A DNA stretch of 64,000 nucleotides, taken from contig CAJFCJ010000007.1 of assembly GCA_904063045.1 (NCBI GenBank), positions 1,570,873 through 1,634,872 on the forward strand. The letters run 5' to 3'. Source of the stretch: Dimorphilus gyrociliatus (Eukaryota > Animalia > Annelida). This document shows, in pieces, positions 45,836 through 56,600 of this stretch. A program made the translations under genes and the position numbers. Under the pieces are notes generated by a model. It had not been told where the DNA came from. It worked only from the letters and a program-made list of their open reading frames with translations, and did not search any database. Numbering within the stretch: the first letter of the stretch is position 1; each line of letters opens with the position of its first letter.

Positions 45836-48482
45836 ATGGCCGCAGATAATATGGAGTGCGTTAGAAATTTTAATACTCAGGTAGTAATTGACTGTCTTTC
45901 AAGTTAAATAAAGGTTAATATCTTATTTTTGCTTTTCAGTTGGGTTCTTTGTACGAAGCAAAACCGCCTGTATCCAAAGCAAAAATGGCCACAGTGACAA
46001 AAGCTGCTTTAAAAGCGAATAAGTATTATAAACATGTAGTACAAAGTGTTGAAAAATTTGTGCTTAAGGTAAAAATTCATTTTATCAATAATCATTTATG
46101 AAAACATATCTTCTATGATATTCAGTGTGGACAAGAATACAAAGTTCCAGGTCTATACGTGATTGATTCTATAATTCGTCAATCTCGTCATCAGTATGGA
46201 GAAGAAAAAGATATGTTTGTTAAAAGATTCACAAAAAATATTGTTACAACTTTTGAAAATTTGTACAAATGCTGTGAATCAGATAAAGAAAAAATTGGCA
46301 GAGTTCTTAAACTCTGGCTCCAAAACAGTGTATTCCCAGAAGGTATCATTAAAGCTTTGTTAGAATTAGGGAAAGACCCATCCAACCCTTCGGTTATAAC
46401 GCAAGGTAATTATTTTTAATATATCTGTATAAAATTAACGAAATAAATTTTCAGTCCAAGCTCGAATTCAATCAATATCAGGTATGGCTCCAACAGCCGC
46501 CGTTCAGAAGAAAGCTGCAGCCGATAGAAAAAAAAATAAAAGGAAAGAAGAAGATGATCTTCTTCATTTAGTTACTGAAATGTTAGATCAAGGGAGTGCT
46601 CAGAGTAAAGACGAACAATTAAAGCAATTAAAAAATATTCAAGATAAGTTAATAGCCCAAAATGAAAAAATGATAGATTCAGATGGAAACACAAACAACC
46701 CAAGCAAAGATATGCTGATGCAAATACAAGCCCTCATGGAAGAAGTAAACTGCTGTCAATGAATTTTCTTATTAAGTCACAAGTATTTTTTTTTTCAGCT
46801 TAAATCCGATGGAAATTCTCTTGAATCTGTTGTAAAAAGACCTGAAACAAATACCGATAGTGATAAAAAAATAACTGCTCCCGATCCAAAATCTGAAACC
46901 AGTCAAAATCCTGCAGCATTTTCATCGTCTGTCAATCAGAGTACTGTTTTATCGAATCAAACTCCTTTTAATAAAGTAATTGGATATAAAAAAAATGTTG
47001 TCATTACACTCAATTATCCGTATTTATAACAGGAATTATTAGATTTCGATTACGGAGACGATTCTGATAGTGATACAGGTAGCGGCTTGAAAAGACGTTC
47101 AAGTCAATCGCCATCATTTGCGAAGCGATCAAAGGTTTCAGATAACTCTGATAGAGATATTGAAAGACGAAGAAGAAAAACGTATGGTCTACCCGCTGCA
47201 AGAGAGGGACATTTAAGCCTGTGTTCGACAACCATATGGTTGGGTCATTTAAGTAAAGGTGTTCAAGATTCAGAAATTTGGGAGGAAGTTTCTAAATTTG
47301 GTATCGCCTCTAGTATTAATCTAGTTCCACCCAGGGGTTGTGCTTACGTAGCAATGAAAGATAGGAAATCGGCAGCTGCTGTATTAAGGGATTTAAAAGG
47401 ATCTAGTTTGGGGTTTGTCATATAAAACCAAATTATTTACCGACAATAACTTGAGATTCATTTTTTCAAGGTACAATTTAAAATTAGCATGGACTCAAGG
47501 AAAAGGCATTAAAGAGAGTCCTATTGCAAATGCAATATGGGTAGAAGAAGATGGCGTAACTTATATACCTTGGGACTCTGTTCCACACGACATAAAAACG
47601 ATATCAACAGGCGGATGGATCGACGAAGACACTCTCCCCCCATCTAAGAGTCAGTGTTTGACGTTCAATGTAGAATTATGCTTCGTTTTTGATTCTCTTG
47701 AATCGTTTGGACATAGTTTTGAATATATAAATTTCTTAAAACTAGCAAACACTGTAGTAATACGTAGTTTAGTTTCATGTTCGATTAATTAGATCGAATA
47801 TATTCTTTTCGGAAGTAAGTGTGTAACAAAAGAATGTTGATCGGCAGGAGGACCTGAGAACGTTGAGGAAACCACCCCCGAGCAGAATCAGGTACCTACA
47901 ATGGTTCCACCTCCACAACTACTGCCTCCTGGATTTCAGCAGTTGACAGCTTTACTACCCGGACAATTAGCGCGACCTATGTTGCAGCAACCTCCGCAAA
48001 TTGACGCTTCCCAGCCAAACGGAACGCAGCCAAATAGTACCCTATCAATGACAAACGTTTTACATGATATATTGAGTGGTAAGGCTGCTGCTATGGCTAA
48101 AGAGAAAGCAACAAATGCCTTTTTAGACCGGCAAAAGCAGTTAGCGAATGGAACCAATCAAATGAACCCTCCAATGATGCAGTTGCGCATGCCACTACCC
48201 AATCAAATGACTTCCTCATCTCCTGTTCAACAAATACCTACGTCCATGCCACCCATGCCTCCACTGCCTAACTTACGGCCAGGGTTGATGCCAATGCCAC
48301 CTTTCGGTGGTGAAAGTCATCCACCACGACATCACATGCTCCCTATGATGGAAAATGCCCGGCCAACTATGTTACCATTACCAATGGGTGTTGGAATGAA
48401 CGTACCGCCACCTCGTCTCGGCTGGCCGAAACATTGGAACAATGAGGATCCCCCTTCTTTTGAAGCGCCATCTAACTTTTAA
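45836..48482 (+). CDS. SCAF8: SCAF4/SCAF8 homolog (CID + RRM + Pro-rich tail), about 8 exons
   Basis: LYEAKPPVSKAKMATVTKAALKANKYYKHVVQSVEKF, YKVPGLYVIDSIIRQSRHQ, RVLKLW (CID); LCSTTIWLGHL, INLVPPRGCAYVAM, KLAWTQGKG, GVTYIPW (RRM). Confidence 0.9.
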
Positions 48483-49131
48483 ATTTTCTAAAGGTGACCT
48501 CAGCGGAAGCTAATTACGTAGGTTGGAGTTGTGATTGAAATTAATTGGATGACGAGAAAGGAGACGCCCAGTGTCACATAATGTGACGTAATCGTCAAAG
48601 ACTACGTTAGTCAAGTCGACTTTTCATTCTTTGTACATAGCAGATACTTTACTTATATTTAATTTGTCGTAAATAAAAAATGTATTCATATACATACATG
48701 TGCATACAAGATTTTCTCACTATTTATTGCTTACGGAAGAAGTTTATGTGCTAGAAAATGAATATAAAGAGTGCATTAAAATTGCCCCATTTCACATAGC
48801 GATAAAACTGCGCCGACGGCTGAAGGTCAAGTGCACCTCAACCGCCGCCCTGTTTTTCGGCCGTTTTTCCAGAGGATCCTCACCACCTAATTATATGCAG
48901 GAATTTTGTTTGTTAAAGGGGACAGGGGTTCGACATGGGTTAGTGATAAATGCGAAGTAAAGAATGTTAAATGACATCAACGTACTCAATATCCAACAAC
49001 CTACCAGCATCGTCAAATTTTTAGCTGACCCATGAAATGCAGAGAAGCCATTTGCGAATTGAATTATGTAAAAATGAGAACGTAAATAACCTTCATTATT
49101 ATTGACATGAGAACAGTGCGAGGGAATTGAA

Positions 49132-52100
49132 TTCTCACACTATTAAGAGGTACAATCTGCGGCCAGTATCAAAGATGATATAGATTAAGTATCAGAGGGA
49201 CGTGACTTGAACAACGACGTCTTCTACGTCCCCTGCGTGTGTTTAGGCCTATGTGGTCAAACAAAGGAACTTTGTATTTATGTTGGGTCATTTAGAATAT
49301 TTACAGAACTAACGTTGACGACCGGAAGTGCGTGCGCGGAACCGTCCCTCCTGCCGTGTCCCGTGCGATACCGTAGAAACGCATTAGAGCGAACAATTCG
49401 TCATTTTCGCCAAAGATTTTATCTCTTATAGACTTTTAAGGGGCCTGATAGATATGGATTTCTGGAAGTTGCGTGCGCCTTCGACTAAAGTAGTTCATTT
49501 TTCGACTTTAACACAATTTTTGAAAGCGGAATTTTAATATAACGTTCGGGTAAAAAATGCTGGTTATTTGATAGGGATAGAGGAAACAGACCTGATTAGA
49601 AAACGTGCAAGGATGAAGAGGGAAATGTTTAGGATAATGTGAAAGCTGTGCAAACCAATTTCAATCAAATGATCATCCTTGATATGATAATCGTGGCATT
49701 TTATCAATCATAAATGATAAGATACGGTAGTATGAGAGTCGCGTGCCGTGCGCGTGTTAGCCGGATAACGGGAGATTTCAATGCTTTTACATTTATATAC
49801 GCGCATGCGCACATGAAGGCACGCGCTTGTCTCGCGCGTTTCCCGTGGCGTTTTTCGCGCACCTGACTAACTGTGCCAAAAAGAACCTAATTTCCACCGC
49901 CAGTAATATTATGTAGCACGCAAAATACGAATATCTCCGGTTGTATTATACAATTTCGACAAAATTTACTACCGAACAATCGACAAAGACTGTTCAAAGT
50001 AAAATATCGGAAACTTATAATGAATGTAAACTAAAAACTTAATGGAAATGAAAATATAAATGTATATAAATATGAATCTATATTTGAATCAACATAGATA
50101 ATTTTAAATTTGTATAATCACTCAAAATGCGATATGATATATCAAAATAATCATTCTAAATAATATAAAATAGAAAGGAATGTATCGTTTCGAAGGAAAC
50201 TTGCAGAAGGGAAGAGAGGCACAATTTCATTAGGAATGAGAAGACGACAGATGCGTCGGTTATACCATCTGCGGAGATTTCAATACAGAACACTTCATCT
50301 GCTGCTTTCCCAGTCAGACATGGCCACTCTGAGTGTCAGACCGCGGGAAGTCTTATAGTCTATGCAATTTTTTTGGTTAAGTTGAAGGCCAAAAGAAGGG
50401 GGACGGATAAGAGGGAGGAGGAGGGAGTTGTTGATTACCATTTTCATCAAGTAGAGTTTGCAAAGCACGAATATAGTCAATAGCACCTCGAAGGATGTCC
50501 ACTTTGCTCATGGCTTGCTTCCCTTTTCCTGCTCCTTGTGTCGGTGTGGCAGTAGCAGCCTGTTCTGGTAAATGGGACTGAAGTGCGACGAATGTACTGT
50601 TCAATCTTTTAAGGCGGTTTCGTTCTCTTGCATTTCTTCGAACCATAGCGGCTGACTTGTTGGCTTTTTTTGGATTTCTAGAAGACGGCATGTCTTCGTC
50701 TTCTTCTGAACAGTTCATAGCTAACCGTTCAAATTTTTCATTTTCCAAGTTCGTCTTATCCGCCATCGCCATCGTTAGAGCTTGAACGGCTGAATGAGGA
50801 TTTGAACGAGGCTTAAGCTCCGCCTCTCATGCGAGGCTGGCGCCACCCTAGCCAGGTGCAGCTTTTTTCCCCTTTTCCTCTGTCTATCATTTCCCTCCTC
50901 CTTCTCTCTATCCATCTCTGTCTCCCACTAACTCTACTTGTCAAGCTTGTCGAATTTGGCGTCGTTCTGTCGGCCTGAGCGCGTGCCGCTTACAAGTGCC
51001 GTCCTCTTCGCGTAATAGGCCTATCAATGGTCGCAATACAAGGACGACACGCGTCTATTCTGTCAGTCAGATTAAAAAGTGATGGCTTCAATCTCGTAAT
51101 TTTCTAACGGAGTAAAAAGAAGTAAACAAATAATTAGGGAATTAATCAATGTAATAAAATACGACTTAGACCGTCCGGCTCAAGAAAGCAATCGACGTCG
51201 TGTAAACAAGTTCACAGTAGACGAACGAGTCGAATGGGTTGCTCTTTAATCCTCTGCCAAAACAAAAACTTGTCACCTGCGTATAATGCTTCTTTAATGC
51301 TTCTATAATGTTTCCACCCGTACATATATATATATGAGTGCAAAGACGGACGCGATTAATGCACTTTATATATTTTAGGCCTAAGAGCGCGTGCACATTC
51401 CTGTATGCTCATTACCGCGTACTTTTCAGCCCTTGCAATTACTTCAAAATGTCAAAAACTCTGTTGACTCTTTTTTAGAAGAGACGAGAAAAAATAGGTA
51501 AGATAAATTATCATTTAAAAAAATCCAAATATTTCAAATATATTTAACCACAGTAAATTGCTACAAATGAAGGAAGAATTGAACAAAAGCTCGCGAGGGG
51601 CACGCGCTTGTCGCGAGAGAACACTTACATATAGGCCTATAATGTGGGGAGATGGTGGGTTCTGACAATCAATTAAAACTAGCCCTACGGCGTACATCAA
51701 ACGCTTTTTTCCTCTCTACACGTATCCGAAAATTTCGGGTAAGGTTCTGAAAGGATATCATATGTCAAACCTGCACGCGCTCTGTTTTTTTATGGGCCTA
51801 TATTTAGGAGAGTTCGATTACGAATTCGGAGCAAGATGAACTGGGTAGATAAACTACACAGTTTTTTACACTTTATACTAATCTCGTTGAAGTACGCAAT
51901 CCGACACCGAACGAAAAAACTTCCTACCAAACACGCGTCGTTTCTTAATGTTAATCGCCTAAAACAGAAGTAGACGTCGAATGGAATGTCAAAAACTAAA
52001 TACGTCGTGGGAAATCTGCATGAACGGAAATGCCGGCGTTCGACACCGTTATGTAATAACTATTCGCGTATTGCCGGTTAGATCCGACATCACGCAACGG

Positions 52101-52242
52101 CCATCAAACGGGGCCGAAAGATTAATACTTTTAGCTTTAAAAATATTCGATGACTATGCCCGACTGACCACTTTCACCAACTTCGATTTATTAACCAAAC
52201 ATTTTAGAATTAGGTATTTCTAAAAAACCAAAGCGCATGCGC
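49132..52242. promoter_or_regulatory. CpG-rich regulatory landscape around the achaete-scute gene
   Basis: Nine CACGCG/CGCGTG sites in 49740-51937, Su(H) sites TTCTCACA (49132) and CGTGGGAA (52006), E-box CACCTGC (51274), GCGCATGCGC at 49801 and 52233, four TAGGCCTA. Confidence 0.6.
50377..50772 (-). CDS. Achaete-scute family proneural bHLH transcription factor, intronless
   Basis: AAMVRRNARERNRLKRLNSTFVALQSHLP...MSKVDILRGAIDYIRALQTLL is the achaete-scute basic-HLH signature. Confidence 0.88.
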   Translation of the reverse strand: MAMADKTNLENEKFERLAMNCSEEDEDMPSSRNPKKANKSAAMVRRNARERNRLKRLNSTFVALQSHLPEQAATATPTQGAGKGKQAMSKVDILRGAIDYIRALQTLLDENGNQQLPPPPSYPSPFFWPST

Positions 52243-53667
52243 GAATATGTGTCATGTACTTCTCATCTCCTACTCTTCGAATGTATCATAATAGAGTGTT
52301 GCGACTAGCTTCCGTCAGCTCGAGTGGTCACCATTGTTCCTTCCCAGTTTTGGTCCGGATTAAACTCTTTTTCAAAAACTTACTGCCCCAAGGCCATTCT
52401 GCCACTCTGGACATACGTTTATAAAAAGAAGGCTGAAACTAAATTTTTTGTCTTGATAATCATCCAACTTGTGCAAAAACAGTATCTTTCTGAGAAAATT
52501 CATATGATAAATATTTAATGAAGGAAAATATATTCTTCTACAGTTATAAAACATTTCCGTTACAATTTTAACAAGATGAGAATGAATAGAAAAACCATTT
52601 TATACAGGCGTTGCAAAGCTCATGAGTTGCGTAGAATCAAAGTAGACCGCGCTCGTCGAATTTAATTAGGAAGTTGTTACTATGTTGTTGACGCTTTGAA
52701 TTTCTTTTAAAAGATTTTTTTTTGAGTATTCAGTCAGTCGCCTCTCAATTCTCTTGCCGACCACTTAGAAAATTAAATTCCAATCCGTAAGGCCATCTGT
52801 TGGCTGAAAGTAAAAAAGGAAAGGCGAGAGCAAAGATTATCATGCTTGGAGTAATCCTCTTTGTGTTGATGAATTCTCTTGTGAATATATGGTTGAATCA
52901 TCTTTGTCTATTCAAGCTATGTGTCTTTTGGGCAACAACTTTCAAATGTAATTATATTTTACGGGGTCATTGCTAGTGTAGAAGTTGTATTAATTAAAAT
53001 AAATTCTTTTCTAAAACTTCTTATAAGTTTAAATTTTAACGGTTTATTGTATTATAGACAATTACACGAGTATTGATTCACATCTGCAAAACTTTATTTT
53101 ATTGGATGCTAAAAAGAATTTTTTTCTTAATCTTCATTTATAAATTGCTCAGTCTATATAAGATTATCAAACTTTTCTTATAAACATGAGAGCTTACAAA
53201 GAATAAAGGATACTAACACTTTAACTTCTTTTACTATAATTACTGCATGATAAATGATGCACGATAAGGATTCAGTCAACCTTAAAGCAATTCAAATTTC
53301 CCAATTATTTACTAATTTATACATATATCACCGTTTCCAGCACTCCCAGAGATCTCATTTGAATCATATTAATTTCATTGCCGTCTTTTGCGCATGAAAG
53401 TATTGAAACTGCCATCTGTCTTACTGAGAGCATTACGAGAAAGCAAACTTGAATTTGTATACGTTAGTTATATTACAATATTTATAGAGCGAAGCGAAAA
53501 ATACAAAATACAAAATAATTAAGGACATAATATGCATGCATCATTATATTTCATAGTTGCGTAAATCACAATCGTTTAATCTCTAAATAGCAGTTGTCGT
53601 TTCGGAAAAGAAATCAAATACGATTATTCATAGCGTCGTTTATAACTTATGTACACTTTCTAGCCGG

Positions 53668-56600
53668 TCAGCTTCGTTCGGCTAGTTGCGTATGGTAGAG
53701 GGCGTCAGCGATAATCCGGGCGACTGATTGATCTAAAATCTGCGACATGACTAGCGTTAGGAGGCGTTGTTCATACTTTCGGAACACTTGACCATTTTCT
53801 GGCACCCTCGCCATATTTAGAAGTGCTTTAGCAGCTCTTCGTAACATATCCAAACTGGTTCCCATCATATCTGGGGAGTCTCTCAGAACATTTACCCCAT
53901 AAGAGCTTGCTACCTTCATAGCATGCTGTTCGGCACTTTCAACAAATGACAACAGGATAGGAACAGCTGGATGCCATAGGGCAGTAAGACGTGCTGCCGA
54001 AGTTGAGGCCGCAGTAAGAGAAGAAACAATCACTATGCACATTTCCCTTAAATGATTTTCGGAATCAGGCGAGAGATGGCGCACCAAGTGGCTTATAAAT
54101 TTCGTCAGGCGCCAAAAAGGAGGAAGGGCTAAAAGCATATCAATGTTTGAATCAGTAACGCACAATTTTGCGAATGTTTCGAGCATCAAACGCTGGGGAG
54201 AAAGAGAGGCGGAAGAAGATCTGAGAGAAGGAAGCGCATCATTGGCAGCTGAAGAGCCACAAACTGCCCAATGTAGAAGGCCATCTAGCAGAGACACAAC
54301 GACCTCGTCTCCATGTTTTTCTAATTTTAACTGCCCTGCAATATTCGTTATAGTTACAAGAACATTTTCTCGCACCAACTTGAATCCAGACCACCAACAG
54401 TGAGCGTCATTTTCATCGATTGGAGGCTCTTCTTTTTCGTGTCGATGACAGATCATAAGAACTCGAGCATATAGACGCAAAAGTCCAGCATGGCTACATA
54501 GCTCACATTCGTTTCCAGGAACAAAGGATAAACTGCGAATGATATTTGACAATACAATTGCTCGTTGAACTAATTGTTCCAAATCAGGAACAGCAGAAAC
54601 TAGTGCTGGTTCGTCAGGTTGCCAAGCCTCACTTTCCAATCCGCTTTCATCCCAAGTTCGTTTCAAGTCATCAAGAAACAATGCATCTTTGTCACCGTAT
54701 GCTTCCAAAACGGTTCTTCTACAATTATATCTCATCAAACGTGCATTAATTGCTTCTTCAATTTCCGGATCGATTGTTTTCTCGTCTGATCCGTTTTTCT
54801 CTTCATCTGGACAAGTACCGTTTTCATCATCATTACTATCCCCTTTTTGACTATCCTTACTATTATTGCCGTCCTCCTCTTTTGTTTCAGGTTTCGTTTC
54901 TGGTTTAATTTCTTGCTTTTTGGTAGCGTTAGTTGCTTCACACATCTCTGCTTCAAGCTGATCAAGAGTTTTATTTGCAATTTCCAACCGTATATCCTTT
55001 AGAGGATCCTCTTCTGTTTTAATGGGGCTTACAGTTTTTGGAGAGTTTGATCTTTCTACTCCTAGCTTATCCAAAACACGAGCTCGTCGACCAGAAAAGA
55101 AGGCTTCTCGCTGGAATCGCTGATGACCAGAGCTTTCAAAGTGGGTTATGATATGATTAGAAATTTCCGCTCCGCCACTATCCCAATGATTTGTATCCAA
55201 GATTGATTCGACAATTGTAGAATTGTTGGAATTTTGGGTAGCTGGATTTTGTTTGCATTTTGTGTCTAATTTAACTATTTTCCCATCTCGAGATCTTTGA
55301 GTGAAATCAGTTTCATCATCAACCGTGACAGCTTTCACCCTCAAGCTTTCTTCACCTACATCTATTGAAGGCTCTGCGAAGGGAATAGTGTCGATATGTT
55401 CGAGTGCTTGCAAGTCTTCATCAGATGGAAATAAATCGATCAGTGTCCGACGCATGTGATCTAACAACAAGTCAACGAGACCCGGAAGATTAGACAATGA
55501 AAAATAAGCGACAGTTTCATCATCTCTCAATAACACATTCAGAACATCTAATGCCCAAGACGATTCACCAATCAGGCCTGATTTTAAAGCGACAATTAAT
55601 CGCCAGGGATCAACCTGTCCTCCCAAGTCTTTTGGAGTCAATCTTCGACGTTTCCTTAGGACAGGCTGTGCTGTCTCAACACTTTGATGCGGAAAGGCTT
55701 CGGGTTGGGTTCTCTTGGGACGCTGAGGTGATATGAACGGCTTGGATGTGGCAGCGGGTTCAGTTCGCTGAGGAGAAGATACCGTCGATTGCCCGCCTCT
55801 AGGAACCGTATTCGGATTGTAATGCCTTGACCAATTTGGACCTGTGGAGTCGTAATCATCACACATCATGTTATCTGGTGGTGGTGGTGGTGCTGTATTG
55901 CCCCACTGTTGCATCATCGTACTGTACATTCCTGTATGAATTCGTTTAGCATTTTCGTCATCATTCCAGAAATGAAGGACGTTATGCTAAAGTGGGGTGT
56001 TTGTACAGCCATGCAGGAAATATCTATACAACAGAGGAGAAATTTTCGGGTTTTAATTAAAACTTACCTTGTGGTTGATTATACATCGATTGCTGAGAAT
56101 AAGCATTTTGAGGAGGCATTTGAGAATAAGGTTGTTGGTTATACATGGTCGGTTGCTGACTATACCCTGTTGGAGGCATATGGGAAGAATAAACAGGTTG
56201 CTGTTGCTGTGGTGGTGGCGGCCCTGGCTGAGAAGGTTGTTGGGCTTGGTTATACATTCCTTGTTGTTGAGAATAGCCGCTGACCATTGGGCCCTGCTGC
56301 GAATAAACGTTTTGTTGTGAAGTTTGCGAGTAAGGAACCTGTCCCGGATGAGATGGATAAGTACTCGGTTGTGGAGTCTGATTGTACGGTTGCTGCTGAG
56401 CTTGAGGGTATGGTTGCATTGGCTGTGGATAGGAGCTTTGCGGTGGCGGCGGCTGTTGCTGCTGAGGCGGCTGGGAATACGAATTCTGCCCTCCATGAGG
56501 ATACGGTTGAGAAGGCGTCAACGAAGGCTGATAAGATCCGGCCGTTTGCTGTTGTTGCTGCATAGGCCGCGACTGTTGAGTGCTGCTGGTGGACGGAAGT

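Noticed and set aside
47793-47814. 22-nt exon-like block with gtaagt donor in a SCAF8 intron
   Set aside because: Frameshifting and would leave a 33-nt downstream intron, below the sizes seen here.
49106-49139. Possible Su(H) paired site
   Set aside because: The first half-site has a core mismatch (CATGAGAA), and the 18-nt spacer exceeds the usual 15-17 nt.
49816-49830. Possible miR-124 gene
   Set aside because: Identity stops after nt 11 and there is no star arm or hairpin. Kept only as a potential target site.
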